DNA of 64,000 nucleotides from assembly GCF_934229725.1 (NCBI RefSeq), contig NZ_CAKQDX010000010.1; one strand, given 5' to 3'. Below the pieces are notes generated by a model. That model had not been told where the DNA came from, did not search any database, and was given only the letters and a program-made list of their open reading frames with translations. Each line of letters starts with the position of its first letter. Position 1 is the first letter of the stretch. This document shows, one piece after another, positions 19,789 to 29,709 of the stretch. The position numbers were made by a program, and so were the translations under genes. Source of the stretch: an uncultured Streptococcus sp. GTDB lineage: Bacteria > Bacillota > Bacilli > Lactobacillales > Streptococcaceae.

Positions 19789-21894
19789 TTATCTAGCATC
19801 TTTTTCTTTGATAACCAAGACACCATCTTCCATATCAGCTTCCAGGTGTTTAGCATCAAGGTTATCCAAGTGGAAGTCTGTGACTTTGTCACGGATTTGT
19901 TGTTCAACCACACGACGGAGTGGACGAACACCCATGACTTCATCGTAGCCTTCTTCAGTCATGTACTCTTTTGCAGCTTCGCTAACTGCCAAGTCAATTT
20001 CTTTCTTAGAAAGGGTCTTATTGACATCTACCAACATCAAATCAACAATCTTAGAAAGGTTTTCCTTGCTCAAGTGTGAGAATTCAATCACAGCATTGAA
20101 ACGGTTCAAGAATTCTGGACGGAAGTAAGGTTTCAAACGATCCAAGAGTTCTGGTTTGTCCGCATCATCTGTCAAGTTAGCTTCATAACCAAAGCCAGCG
20201 TTTGAAGTTGCGATAATGACAGTGTTCTTGAAGTTTACAGTGTTACCTTGACCATCAGTCAAACGGCCATCATCCAAAACTTGAAGGAGAAGGGTGATGA
20301 CTTGAGGGTCTGCCTTTTCAATTTCATCAAGAAGGATGATTGAATAAGGGTTACGGCGAACACGTTCTGTCAAGGTATTGCTATTGTCATCATAACCAAC
20401 ATAACCAGCTGTTGTACCAATCAATTTAGAAACGGCTGTGCGGTCACTGTATTCTGACATGTCCAAACGGATGATAGCATCTTTTGTACCGAACATATCA
20501 AGGGCCAATTGTTTAGCCAACTCAGTTTTACCAACACCAGTTGGTCCTACAAAGAGGAAGCTACCAATTGGGCGGTTACCTTCATCGAATCCTGCACGGT
20601 TACGACGGATGGCACGTGCCACTGCTTCAACGGCCTTATCTTGACCGATAACCTTAGTTTGCAAACGGTGACCCATATCTTTCAAACGTTCGATATCAGT
20701 TGCACCCATTTGAGATACTGGAATACCAGTCATACGTTCTACAGATTCAGCCACATCATTTACGGTCGCAGTCACCTTGTGATCTTCTGCATGGTTAGCA
20801 ATTTTCTTTTCAAGTTTTTCAATACGAACCTTAGCATTTAGGGCTGCTTCGTAATCTTCTTTAGCAGCTGCAGCTTCTTGTTTAGCTTTTTCTTCTTCGA
20901 TTTCACGTTCAACAGCATTGACATCAGTTACTGGATGTTGTGCTGCCAAGTGAGCTGCTGTCACATCCACGAGGTCAATAGCCTTATCTGGCAAGCTACG
21001 TTGTGGAATGTATTGTACTGAGAAATCAACCGCTGCTTTCAAGACATCATCTGGCAAGATAACATTGTGGTGTTTTTCATAAAGATCACGGATACCTTGG
21101 AGAATCTTGAAAGTATCTTCAGCAGAAGGAGCATTGACCTTAACTTCGTTGAAACGACGAGCTAGGGCAGCGTTCTTCAAGATAGTGTTACGGTATTCAT
21201 CTTGAGTTGTTGCACCAATAACTGTCAATTCCCCACGTGAAAGAGCAGGTTTCAAGATATCAGCAAGACCTTTAGATCCTTGACCATCGCCAGTGCTTCC
21301 GGCACCAAGAATTTGGTGGATTTCATCGAAGAAGAGGATAATGTTTCCAGCTTCTTTGACTTCGTTTACCAAGTTTTGAATATTTTCTTCAAAGCTACCA
21401 CGGTATTGCGTACCAGCTTCGAGTCCAGAAATATCGATTGAGATGATTTCTTTGTTCTTGATGGCAGCTGGGACATCACCATTAACGATGGCTTGTGCCA
21501 AACCTTCAACTACGGCTGTTTTACCAACACCAGCATCCCCGACAAGGACTGGGTTGTTCTTGGTACGACGAGCCAAGATTTCGCAAGCTTCTTGGATTTC
21601 TTTGTTACGTCCAATGACAGGATCCAATTTACCTTCACGAGCTTCTTCAGTCAAGTTACGACCAAGTTTAGCAAGGATACCATCTTGTTTAGGTCCTTTA
21701 GCTTGTTGTTGAGTTGGGTTCACTGCTTCACCTTCATTACCAGGCAATTGACCTGTTTGACGGTAAATCGCAAATTCTTCAGGTGTCACTTCACGACCAT
21801 TAATCATGTAACGACGGTTTTCTGAACGGTAACCACCCATGTTACCCATCAATTGATTGAAAAGATCATCCATATTATTAAAGTTGTTGTTCAT
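19789..21894 (-). CDS. clpL: ATP-dependent Clp protease ATP-binding subunit ClpL (AAA+ chaperone)
   Basis: 701 aa. N-terminus [22 protein letters not shown] typical of ClpL. Two AAA+ modules ([15 protein letters not shown] and [15 protein letters not shown]alker A motifs). Confidence 0.95.
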   Translation of the reverse strand: MNNNFNNMDDLFNQLMGNMGGYRSENRRYMINGREVTPEEFAIYRQTGQLPGNEGEAVNPTQQQAKGPKQDGILAKLGRNLTEEAREGKLDPVIGRNKEIQEACEILARRTKNNPVLVGDAGVGKTAVVEGLAQAIVNGDVPAAIKNKEIISIDISGLEAGTQYRGSFEENIQNLVNEVKEAGNIILFFDEIHQILGAGSTGDGQGSKGLADILKPALSRGELTVIGATTQDEYRNTILKNAALARRFNEVKVNAPSAEDTFKILQGIRDLYEKHHNVILPDDVLKAAVDFSVQYIPQRSLPDKAIDLVDVTAAHLAAQHPVTDVNAVEREIEEEKAKQEAAAAKEDYEAALNAKVRIEKLEKKIANHAEDHKVTATVNDVAESVERMTGIPVSQMGATDIERLKDMGHRLQTKVIGQDKAVEAVARAIRRNRAGFDEGNRPIGSFLFVGPTGVGKTELAKQLALDMFGTKDAIIRLDMSEYSDRTAVSKLIGTTAGYVGYDDNSNTLTERVRRNPYSIILLDEIEKADPQVITLLLQVLDDGRLTDGQGNTVNFKNTVIIATSNAGFGYEANLTDDADKPELLDRLKPYFRPEFLNRFNAVIEFSHLSKENLSKIVDLMLVDVNKTLSKKEIDLAVSEAAKEYMTEEGYDEVMGVRPLRRVVEQQIRDKVTDFHLDNLDAKHLEADMEDGVLVIKEKDAR

Positions 21895-21956
21895 ATAATT
21901 ACCTCATACTGTGTTTTCTTGTGATTTTTTAAGTGTTATTTTTTAGTTCATGTGTG

Positions 21957-22540
21957 AATTTTGACTTTTACTGACCAAAACCCTAAAAATTTTTAGTAGC
22001 CTCAACTACTCTTCTAATAATTTCCGGTTTTGCTCTTGGTAGAAGACTGAGAACTTTCACAGTCTTGAATAAATTATCATTTAGCATAAGAGCCACCTTC
22101 TTTCTGTGAATCTCTCAAAATAGCTAACTTCCAAGCTTCTTTCAGAAAGAAACTTGTAGATTAAGGAAACCTTTTTCCTTATAGCTTTATCATATACCTT
22201 TCATCTGCTTGGGTCAAGAATTTAGTTTTGACTTTTACTGACCTTTCAGATGAAAATTTTTGCAGACTAGCTGCAATCCTTTTTTATTGGTATATGGGCT
22301 ATTGACATAGCCTTCATAAGGATTTCATTTCCTTATGTTTATATTGTACAACATTGGTCAGTAATAGTCAATAGTTTTTTTGACTTTTTTTGACCTTTAT
22401 TGTAAATATTTTTGCAGGCAAGCTATAATTACCTTTTTACAAGGATTTAGGCTAGCACTGCAAGATTTATAAGGAGGTAAATCCTTATGAAACTATCATA
22501 CACCATTAGTCAGGAAAGGTCAATAGTTTTGTTTGATCTT
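21957..22540. promoter_or_regulatory. Cluster of CtsR-type heptad direct-repeat operators in repeated promoter modules upstream of clpL
   Basis: Six boxes read by eye: GGTCAGTAAAAGTCAAA (rc of 21958-21975), the same motif again near 22232-22249, GGTCAGTAATAGTCAAT (22358-22374), GGTCAAAAAAAGTCAAA (rc of 22377-22393), GGTCAATAGTTTTGTTT (22518-22534, poorer match) and GGTCAAAAAAGATCAAA (rc of about 22531-22547). These match the CtsR consensus A/GGTCAAAnAnA/GGTCAAA. Plus-strand TTGTAA-18-TATAAT (TATAAT at 22427-22432). Confidence 0.6.
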
Positions 22541-22598
22541 TTTTGACCTTTTTGAGAATAGTTTCCGAAAAGCAAAAAAAGCCCTACCAGAGGTAGAC

Positions 22599-22853
22599 CT
22601 AATAATGATCTTTAAAAGATAGAAAGGCAACGTTTTTACCATCAACCATATAAATCAAACGATTTTCAGCATCAATTCGTCGAGACCAAGCTCCTTGAAA
22701 GTCATACTTCAAGGGTTCTGGCTTACCAATACCTGAAAAAGGATCCCGTTGAATGTCTTTAATCAGCTTATTAATTCGCTTAAGTGTCTTTCTATCCTGA
22801 TTTTGCCAATAGCAGTAATCTGTCCATGCGTCTTCAGTAAAAGTGGGTAACAT
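22599..22853 (-). CDS. yoeB: Type II toxin YoeB (Txe/YoeB mRNA interferase)
   Basis: 84 aa. ...AWTDYCYWQNQDRKTLKRINKLIKDIQRDPFSGIGKPEPLK...RRIDAENRLIY is characteristic of YoeB. Follows yefM by 4 nt. Confidence 0.9.
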   Translation of the reverse strand: MLPTFTEDAWTDYCYWQNQDRKTLKRINKLIKDIQRDPFSGIGKPEPLKYDFQGAWSRRIDAENRLIYMVDGKNVAFLSFKDHY

Positions 22854-22856
22854 TTT

Positions 22857-23111
22857 CTACTCCTTTAGTGCATGTTCCTGAATTTTCCCAGCACGCACCT
22901 GAGCCATTCCTCTTAAAACCTTGTCTGATAGTTCTTTATTTTGAACAATTCGCAATGTTTCTTGAATGCTATCCCATTCACTCTTTGAGACCACTACAAT
23001 ATCTTCATCAGGATTTTTATTAACTACAGTTAGAGGTTCAAATTCATCATTAACCTTTTTCATATAATCCTTCAAATGATTTCGAAACGTTGAATAGACG
23101 ACTGCTTCCAT
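22857..23111 (-). CDS. yefM: Type II antitoxin YefM (Phd/YefM family)
   Basis: MEAVVYSTFRNHLKDYMKKVNDEFEPLTVVNKNPDEDIVVVSKSEWDSIQETLRI is a typical YefM. Start at the second ATG (23111), which has a properly spaced GAGG. Confidence 0.9.
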   Translation of the reverse strand: MEAVVYSTFRNHLKDYMKKVNDEFEPLTVVNKNPDEDIVVVSKSEWDSIQETLRIVQNKELSDKVLRGMAQVRAGKIQEHALKE

Positions 23112-23252
23112 TAGCATACCTCATTTTCCTCTTTTCTTTTATTATATACCAAAAGGATAAACTTGTCAGGAACTTGTACAACTTTATTCTTTCTATTACA
23201 TTTATTCGAAAAAAGATTAAAAAAGCCTACCAGAGGTAGACCTTCTACAAAG

Positions 23253-24344
23253 CTATTTTACTCTATGCGGTATGCGTCCAAAGTTCTGTTGAGAAAGCTT
23301 TGGGTTGCCTAATTGATAAACATTATCTGCTTGTTGTGTAAGCATATCCCAAGGCTCTCTTCCGATACGAGCCACTATATTCACAGACTTTTTCACGGAT
23401 TTGAGATGAGCCTGCCCTTTTTGGGAAAATCCAAGCACATGAATGGATTCAGGCAGAGGGTTGTCCACAGCTCCAACTAGGATATAGGTCAAAATACGAC
23501 GTACACGAGCTTTTGTATAGCGTTTGGTTGCTACCTTATCCACTAGTTCCTCCACAGAAGAAACCTCACGTATAGCAGCTTTTAAACGGCTGGCAATCTC
23601 TTCATTCAGCTGGAAAATACTGGTTAAATCAGGATTTGTAAGAATCTGATAAACCAGCAATTGGAAATAATTATCCCAAGAAACCTGTGGAGAAGTCTGA
23701 AAAAGTTTGCTATTGGGCATGAACTTATCCACAAAATCACTGTCTTGCTTGTGGAGACGAAGACTGGTTGCTGAAGCGAAAGATACTTCCTTATCTGAGG
23801 AATGATAGCCAGCCCCTTGTCTCTGGATAGGATTCAGCTTTATGCCCTTACCAGCACATGCTTTGGCATAGGCCAAACCTAGGATATGGTTGGGTGTATT
23901 GCCAGTAAAGTCCACACCAGCAAACTTTTCCCACATTTTTTGTGTCTTCTGTGGATAAGACAAATCACTAGGCAAACTTTCTACAAAGGCTTCCATTTCC
24001 TCGGACTTTTCAGCATAGACATCTGCTATCGCCTGATAATCTAGGACTTCTTCCGTGCCAAAAGTAAGGCTGTCAATTCCCAGTCGGGATAAGATATGGA
24101 CGGCTCCAGCAGCAAAATAATCGGCAGACTGGACCGCCGTCAAGAAGGGCAACTCAACTACAAGATCTGCCCCATTTTCCAAAGCCATCTGAGCCCTAGT
24201 CCACTTATCCACAATAGCTGGCTCACCTCGCTGGACAAAATTCCCAGACATGGCAACGATTTTCACGCCTTCAGCCTGATCCAAGAGATACTTGTGACCG
24301 TTATGAAAAGGATTGAACTCAGCAATAATACCTGTAACTTTCAT
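23253..24344 (-). CDS. tmcAL: tRNA(Met) cytidine acetate ligase TmcAL (YlbM/UPF0348 nucleotidyltransferase)
   Basis: N-terminus [24 protein letters not shown] (HxGH nucleotidyltransferase motif), 363 aa. Synteny downstream of yqeM as in Bacillus/Streptococcus. Confidence 0.8.
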   Translation of the reverse strand: MKVTGIIAEFNPFHNGHKYLLDQAEGVKIVAMSGNFVQRGEPAIVDKWTRAQMALENGADLVVELPFLTAVQSADYFAAGAVHILSRLGIDSLTFGTEEVLDYQAIADVYAEKSEEMEAFVESLPSDLSYPQKTQKMWEKFAGVDFTGNTPNHILGLAYAKACAGKGIKLNPIQRQGAGYHSSDKEVSFASATSLRLHKQDSDFVDKFMPNSKLFQTSPQVSWDNYFQLLVYQILTNPDLTSIFQLNEEIASRLKAAIREVSSVEELVDKVATKRYTKARVRRILTYILVGAVDNPLPESIHVLGFSQKGQAHLKSVKKSVNIVARIGREPWDMLTQQADNVYQLGNPKLSQQNFGRIPHRVK

Positions 24345-24350
24345 AGGCTC

Positions 24351-25091
24351 TTACTTTTGGGCCACAAAGAACCAACGGGCACTAGTTTCAGTCGGTTCCT
24401 TATCCTCGAAATCAGCGTAGAGTTTAAAGGATTTGAAGCCAGCTTGCTCCAACAAGATATCATAAGTCAAAACCTCATAGGTACGCTCCTCATGGACCTC
24501 ATCATGGCGGCTAAAGCTTCCATCTTCCTCTTGGACAAAGAAGGTCAATTCATGGACGATAGAATGCGGTGCCGCATCCTCATAGGTATCCCAGAGCATA
24601 GCAAAATCCTCAGCATTTTCATGGTAAGAATAGCCAGGGAAAACCTCATCCGTCTGATAGGTTGAGTGCACATCGAAGATGAAGACGCCATCCTCATTGA
24701 GGGCATTGTAAACCTCCTTGAAGACGTCCCCGACCTCAACTTCGTCCTGCATATAGCAGATTGAATCTGAGTAGCAGGTCACAAAGTCATACTTGCCCGC
24801 TTGCGATAAATCCAACATATTGCCTTCAATAAAGTCGATTTTCTGCTTGGCAGAGGCTGCTCGCTTCTCCGCAATCTTCAACATATCATCACTCAAATCA
24901 AGTCCAGTCACATCGAATCCAGCTTGAGAAAAGCGTACAGACTGAATCCCAGTCCCACAAGCCAATTCAAGCAATTTCTTTTTGTCCTTAGTCTTTGGCA
25001 AATGACGGAGAGAAAAATCTGTCCACAAATCGTAAAGACTATCATCCATAACAGCGTCGTAGACCGCCGCAAAAGTTTCATAAGTAGCCAT
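24351..25091 (-). CDS. Class I SAM-dependent methyltransferase (YqeM-like)
   Basis: Motif I LELACGTGIQS. Last gene of the yqeG...rsfS-yqeM operon order. No Shine-Dalgarno upstream of its ATG. Confidence 0.8.
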   Translation of the reverse strand: MATYETFAAVYDAVMDDSLYDLWTDFSLRHLPKTKDKKKLLELACGTGIQSVRFSQAGFDVTGLDLSDDMLKIAEKRAASAKQKIDFIEGNMLDLSQAGKYDFVTCYSDSICYMQDEVEVGDVFKEVYNALNEDGVFIFDVHSTYQTDEVFPGYSYHENAEDFAMLWDTYEDAAPHSIVHELTFFVQEEDGSFSRHDEVHEERTYEVLTYDILLEQAGFKSFKLYADFEDKEPTETSARWFFVAQK

Positions 25092-25096
25092 AAATC

Positions 25097-25240
25097 AAGA
25101 TACAAAGAGCGTCAAAAGTACAGAGAAAATAGGAAAATTTCTGCCGTATCGCTAGATACAAAGAAAGTTTATCTTTTTCTCACAGCTTTTAGCTCGTGTT
25201 CAGTTGACAAATTAACTAAACACGAGGCCCTATCCTTTCT
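25097..25240. repeat. Copy 1 of a ~145-bp direct repeat in the rsfS-yqeM intergenic region
   Basis: AAGATACAAAGAGCGTCAAAAGTACAGAGAAAATAGGAAAATTTCTGCCGTATCGCTAGATACAAAGAAAGTTTATCTTTTTCTCACAGCTTTTAGCTCGTGTTCAGTTGACAAATTAACTAAACACGAGGCCCTATCCTTTCT. About 93% identical to copy 2. Confidence 0.8.
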
Positions 25241-25481
25241 ATTCTATAATGAGTCCGCCCGTAATCGGAAAGAAAATTAGGGGGAGTGAGACAGAACGAG
25301 TTTTCTTAAAAAAATCGTTCGTTGTCTCACCCCCGCAAGGCTGATTAGGTACTCTTCCGAGCTTAAAAAGCGAATGAAGAGTCCAATCAGCTACTGCGCC
25401 AAATAATAAATTTTAATATTGATAATTTGACATAGAACTATCTATTTTCCGACGATTACAGGACAGGTTCAAATCCTTTCT

Positions 25482-25626
25482 AAGATACAAAGAGCGTTAA
25501 AAGCACAGAGAAAATAGGAAAATTTCTGCCGTATCGCTAGATACAAAGAAAGTTTATCTTTTTCTCACAGCTTTTAGCTCGTGTTCATTTAACAAATTAA
25601 CAAAACACGAGTCCCTATCCTTTCTT
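25482..25626. repeat. Copy 2 of the ~145-bp direct repeat
   Basis: Same sequence with a few substitutions (GTTAAAAGCAC vs GTCAAAAGTAC; CATTTAACAAATTAACAAAAC vs CAGTTGACAAATTAACTAAAC). Preceded by a partial repeat end ...AATCCTTTCT. Confidence 0.8.
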
Positions 25627-25684
25627 TCCATGAGATTTTCAATTAAGCAACAAAACCCAGTTGTCGCCAACTGAGTTCATTGTC

Positions 25685-26035
25685 TTATGCCAAATAGGCT
25701 GACACATCCACCATTGGTGCTTCGTGCCAGAGTTTTTCAAGGTTATAGTGAGCACGCTCGTCTTCTGTAAAGATGTGAACAACGACGTCGTTAAGGTCCA
25801 AAAGAATCCATCCGCCCTTGTTGTCGCCTTCCATGTGACTAGCGTCCACACCAGCTGCTTTAACTTTCTCACGAATGTTGTCCGCAATAGCTTCCAACTG
25901 ACGGCTATTCATGGCACTCAAAATAACAAAGTAATCTGTTAAGCTTGTGAGACCATACAAATCAAGGGCAACAATGTCTTCAGCTCGCTTTTCATCAGCA
26001 GCTTTGACAACCACTTCAAGTAATTCTTCTTTCAT
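25685..26035 (-). CDS. rsfS: Ribosomal silencing factor RsfS (Iojap family)
   Basis: 116 aa. ...[39 protein letters not shown]... typical RsfS. Confidence 0.9.
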   Translation of the reverse strand: MKEELLEVVVKAADEKRAEDIVALDLYGLTSLTDYFVILSAMNSRQLEAIADNIREKVKAAGVDASHMEGDNKGGWILLDLNDVVVHIFTEDERAHYNLEKLWHEAPMVDVSAYLA

Positions 26036-26049
26036 TTAATCCTCTTTCA

Positions 26050-26550
26050 TTAAAAAATCGTTTTGTAATCTAAGACATCTGCAAAACGTTCATCCCAAAT
26101 GTTCTCGTAAAATTCATTAATCGTTTCTGCTGGAATGCCGTCTTCATCAAAGGTTGTAACAGTACCTTCGGGAACGACTAGCTTGTAGCCGTGTTCGAAA
26201 GCAACTTTAACGGATGTATCAACACAATACTCCGTCTGCATACCGCATAAGACTAGTTTCTCAATTCCTTGTTGATCCAAGTATTCCTTTAATCCAGTCT
26301 CTTTAAACATGCTATTGTATCGCTTCTGAAAAACCTTTTCATCAGGCTGTCTCTTTAATAGTGGCGATAATTTCCAATCTTCCGAAGTTAGAGCCTCTTC
26401 CGTTTCTATATGCTGAATGTAGATAATTTCAATCTGCTGTTTTCTAACCTGATCTTGTAAATAAGAGATTTTCTCTAACAGCTTTTGTGTTTCAAAACCT
26501 GTTTCTACTAAGATATTTTGTACATCTATAATAATAAAAGCTGTTTTCAC
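26050..26550 (-). CDS. Isochorismatase-family cysteine hydrolase
   Basis: 166 aa. MKTAFIIIDVQN... and LVLCGMQTEYCVDTS (catalytic Cys) typical of the isochorismatase/YcaC family. Sits between yqeK and rsfS. Confidence 0.75.
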   Translation of the reverse strand: MKTAFIIIDVQNILVETGFETQKLLEKISYLQDQVRKQQIEIIYIQHIETEEALTSEDWKLSPLLKRQPDEKVFQKRYNSMFKETGLKEYLDQQGIEKLVLCGMQTEYCVDTSVKVAFEHGYKLVVPEGTVTTFDEDGIPAETINEFYENIWDERFADVLDYKTIF

Positions 26551-26553
26551 TTA

Positions 26554-27147
26554 CTAATCCTCTTTCAAGCAATGCACAAAAGCATTATAGGTTTCCAAGG
26601 TTTGTGGGAAAATCGGCAAGGCCTGGTGGGCCAAGTGTTCTACCGTATGGACAGTTTCAAAGGCAACTGCCTTGTCCAAGGATTGCTCTGCTACTTGTCT
26701 AGCTTCCTCTACCAAAGGGAAATTACGGTTATGCTCAATATAATCAGCCACATAGACAATCTTATCTAGGGTTGACATGTCATGGCTTCCGACGGTATGG
26801 ACTTCGATACTACGCAGAATCTCAGCATCCGTCAAGCCCAGGTCTTCTTGGATTTTGTAAATCCCAACCATGCCATGCCAGACATTATTTCCCCATTTTT
26901 TCAATTCAGGATCAAGCTCATACTTATCGATTAGCTCTAAGAATTCCTGATTTGGAAGTTCCTTGGCATAGTCGTGTAAAAGACCAGCCAAACCAGCTTT
27001 TTCAGTATCGTAGCCATTCTTTTCAGCAAGATGAATAGCAGCTCGCTCGACACCCAAAACATGATTGAAGCGTTTAGGGCTCATCACGGCTTGCACTTTT
27101 TCAAGAAGTGCTTCACGAGAATAGCCCAAGTATTTTTCATAGGTCAT
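26554..27147 (-). CDS. yqeK: Bis(5'-nucleosyl)-tetraphosphatase (symmetrical), HD-domain protein YqeK
   Basis: HD motif ...[13 protein letters not shown]...LLHDYAKE. Overlaps nadD by 4 nt as in the conserved nadD-yqeK pair. Confidence 0.85.
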   Translation of the reverse strand: MTYEKYLGYSREALLEKVQAVMSPKRFNHVLGVERAAIHLAEKNGYDTEKAGLAGLLHDYAKELPNQEFLELIDKYELDPELKKWGNNVWHGMVGIYKIQEDLGLTDAEILRSIEVHTVGSHDMSTLDKIVYVADYIEHNRNFPLVEEARQVAEQSLDKAVAFETVHTVEHLAHQALPIFPQTLETYNAFVHCLKED

Positions 27148-27776
27148 TTATAAAGTCCTACTTTCTTAATATAGGCGAGTACAGATTGAGGCACCATAAA
27201 GTTAGGTGTACGATCTTTCTTAATATAATCACGAACAGCGCTTGAACTGATATCCATCAAAGGAACATCAACCCAGATGACTGGATAAGACGTTCCTGCC
27301 TTATACTTAGGACGCTGAACACCCACAAATTGCACCATCTCAATGAGCTCATCAATGCGATGCCATTTAGGCAGGTATTCGACCATATCAGCACCGATAA
27401 TGAAGTAATAATCCGTATCAGGATTGGCCTCTGTCAAAAGCTTCATGGTGTCATAAGTATAACTGATTCCCTTGCGTTCCAACTCGATGGTTTCAATGTC
27501 CAGACCCTCGATACCGTTAATAGCCAACATGAGCATATTTAGGCGATGTTGTTCATCAATAGTCTCTTTTTTATCGACATGAGGTGGCTCAAACTCAGGC
27601 ATGAGAAGAACTTCGTCAAGGCCTAACTGCTGACGCACCTGGTCTGCAACAACCAAGTGAGCATTGTGAACAGGGTTGAAATTTCCACCTAAAATTCCCA
27701 CCTGCTTACGGCCAGTATCTTTGATTTCTTCTTCTAGTTGAACCTTTGTAAATGGGGTTACGAGATCCAGTGCCAT
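27144..27776 (-). CDS. nadD: Nicotinate-nucleotide adenylyltransferase
   Basis: [21 protein letters not shown] (H/TxGH nucleotidyltransferase motif), 210 aa. Confidence 0.9.
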   Translation of the reverse strand: MALDLVTPFTKVQLEEEIKDTGRKQVGILGGNFNPVHNAHLVVADQVRQQLGLDEVLLMPEFEPPHVDKKETIDEQHRLNMLMLAINGIEGLDIETIELERKGISYTYDTMKLLTEANPDTDYYFIIGADMVEYLPKWHRIDELIEMVQFVGVQRPKYKAGTSYPVIWVDVPLMDISSSAVRDYIKKDRTPNFMVPQSVLAYIKKVGLYK

Positions 27777-27847
27777 GTACGCCTCCTCTTACTCAAACAT
27801 CATCTAAATAACTTTTCTTTTGCCTTTAAGGTTTCAAAAGTCATCAA

Positions 27848-28165
27848 CTATTTTTGGATGGCTTTAACCTTTGGTGATAACTTACGATTTTCTTTTTTAG
27901 CTGATTCTTTGTAGAGAATCAAGATACGTCCAATCTTAAGGACTGTATCACAGCCAATTTCTTCTTCCAAAATTTCAGCAACTTCATGGATATCTTCCAT
28001 GGTATTTTGGAGAAGGGTTACTTTGATCAATTCACGGGCATCAAGGGCGTTACGAACGCTCGTTTTGATGTGGTCGTTAAGACCGTTTTTCCCGATTTGT
28101 ACAATAGGTTTGAGGGTGTGGGCTTCCGATTTGAGGAAGGCACGTTGTTTTGATGTTAATGACAT
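27848..28165 (-). CDS. yhbY: Ribosome assembly RNA-binding protein YhbY (CRS1/YhbY domain; B. subtilis YqeI)
   Basis: 105 aa. MSLTSKQRAFLKSEAHTLKPIVQIGKNGLNDHIKTSVRNALDARELIKV matches the YhbY family. Confidence 0.85.
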   Translation of the reverse strand: MSLTSKQRAFLKSEAHTLKPIVQIGKNGLNDHIKTSVRNALDARELIKVTLLQNTMEDIHEVAEILEEEIGCDTVLKIGRILILYKESAKKENRKLSPKVKAIQK

Positions 28166-28590
28166 GTTTATTCCTTTTATTTTATTTGCTGTTTTTCTTG
28201 GGTGATACGGACGCTAGCAAACCACCGGTTTTATAGCTAATTTTTGAGCCTAAGGTCTCAAAAATTCCGAATTCAAGTAACATAAAATGTTACTTGGATT
28301 ACTATCACAACGAAAAACACATCGTTTGCTCATGACGTAAATCTAGGCAAACTTCATGTTCATTGAAAAGACTCTTTTTATACTTTTCTAAAACGGTGAC
28401 GGACATCATCGACCTCCTTACGGAGTTCCATGACTACAAATCGAGCCCTAGGTCTCAATTTTTCCTTGTCTAATTCTTCAACTATAGGAATGAGACTTTC
28501 ACTTCTACAAAAAGTATGGCCTAAAAGCTCGCAATGATTGCTTCTTTATCTAGCCTAGCCTTTCTTATACTTTTAATTACTTTATTAAGT

Positions 28591-29709
28591 TTAAATAATC
28601 GCTTTTCGGACGACGACGCCAACACCTTCTGGTGCCCAGGCGGCAACGATGGTTGGTTGGTCTGTTTTTCCTTGGACACGAATCCAGCCTAGTCCTGAGA
28701 AGACAATGTCTGTCTTATCTTTAACGGTAAACTCGTGGCGAACAAGTTTTGGAAAATCGGCCAGATCCTTTGGTCCAGGAGGCATGAGAAGACTGCCAAG
28801 ATGCTTGTCATAAAAGGCATCTGCGCCTTCAAGTTTGGTACGATGAAGCTTCAAGTTATTATCAAAGAAGGCTGTAAAACCTTGTTTATCACCATCAATA
28901 AAGTCAAAACGTCCTAGTCCACCTAGGAATAGAGTTTGGCTTGCATTTAACTGATAAGTTTTTGGCTTGATTTCCTTCTTAGGACTAACGTATTTGAGGT
29001 CCTTAGCTGACAGGTAATGAGCCATTTGGTGGCGATGAATAATTCCTGGAGTGTCGAAAATGTAAGTACCATCATCCAGCGGAATCTCAATCTTATCAAG
29101 GGTCGTGCCTGGGAAACGAGATGTAGTGATGACATCTTTATCACCAGTAATTTCCTTGATAATGGCATTGATGAGGGTCGATTTACCAACATTTGTCACA
29201 CCGACAACATAGACATCACGACCCTTACGGAGTTTTTCAATACGCTGAATCAACTCTTTAATAGCATGATGATTTTGAGCAGATGTCAACATGACATCCA
29301 CTGGTCGCATGCCTTCTTCATAGGCACGTTCTGTCAACCACTGAGTTACCTTACCATCTTTAACGGATTTAGGTAGGATATCCTTTTTATTTCCGACCAA
29401 GAGCACATCATTGCCAGAAACAAAACGTGACAAGCCTGGGATGATTGATCCGTTAAAATCGAAAATATCAACGACATTGACAACGAGGGCATCGCTATCG
29501 CCAACTTCATGTAAAAGCTTTAAAAACTCGTCATCTGTGATATGGACATCCACAATTTCATTGTAATGACGAAGGCGGAAACAGCGTTGACAGTACAAGT
29601 CTCCTATTTCCTCAGCCTTTTTGATAGAGCTAGCAGGTGTGTAACCAGCTTTTTCTTTATCTTCTGTTTGAATTTGGGCTCCACACCCAATACAAAATAA
29701 TTCTTCCAT
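28591..29709 (-). CDS. yqeH: Ribosome biogenesis GTPase YqeH (circularly permuted GTPase with N-terminal zinc finger)
   Basis: N-terminal CIGCGAQIQ...CQRCF zinc ribbon. G-motifs VGVTNVGKSTLIN and DTPG. 372 aa. Confidence 0.9.
   Translation of the reverse strand: MEELFCIGCGAQIQTEDKEKAGYTPASSIKKAEEIGDLYCQRCFRLRHYNEIVDVHITDDEFLKLLHEVGDSDALVVNVVDIFDFNGSIIPGLSRFVSGNDVLLVGNKKDILPKSVKDGKVTQWLTERAYEEGMRPVDVMLTSAQNHHAIKELIQRIEKLRKGRDVYVVGVTNVGKSTLINAIIKEITGDKDVITTSRFPGTTLDKIEIPLDDGTYIFDTPGIIHRHQMAHYLSAKDLKYVSPKKEIKPKTYQLNASQTLFLGGLGRFDFIDGDKQGFTAFFDNNLKLHRTKLEGADAFYDKHLGSLLMPPGPKDLADFPKLVRHEFTVKDKTDIVFSGLGWIRVQGKTDQPTIVAAWAPEGVGVVVRKAII

Noticed and set aside
24096-24665. 189-aa plus-strand ORF
   Set aside because: It is antisense to the conserved tmcAL and yqeM genes and spans their junction. 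No RBS.
26050-26550. Isochorismatase-family gene inside the nadD-yqeK-rsfS operon, considered as a possible recent insertion (a second paralog, pncA, lies at 43317)
   Set aside because: Gene spacing is tight (3-14 nt) and the composition matches its neighbours. This arrangement occurs in streptococcal yqe operons as far as I recall. There is no evidence of foreign origin.
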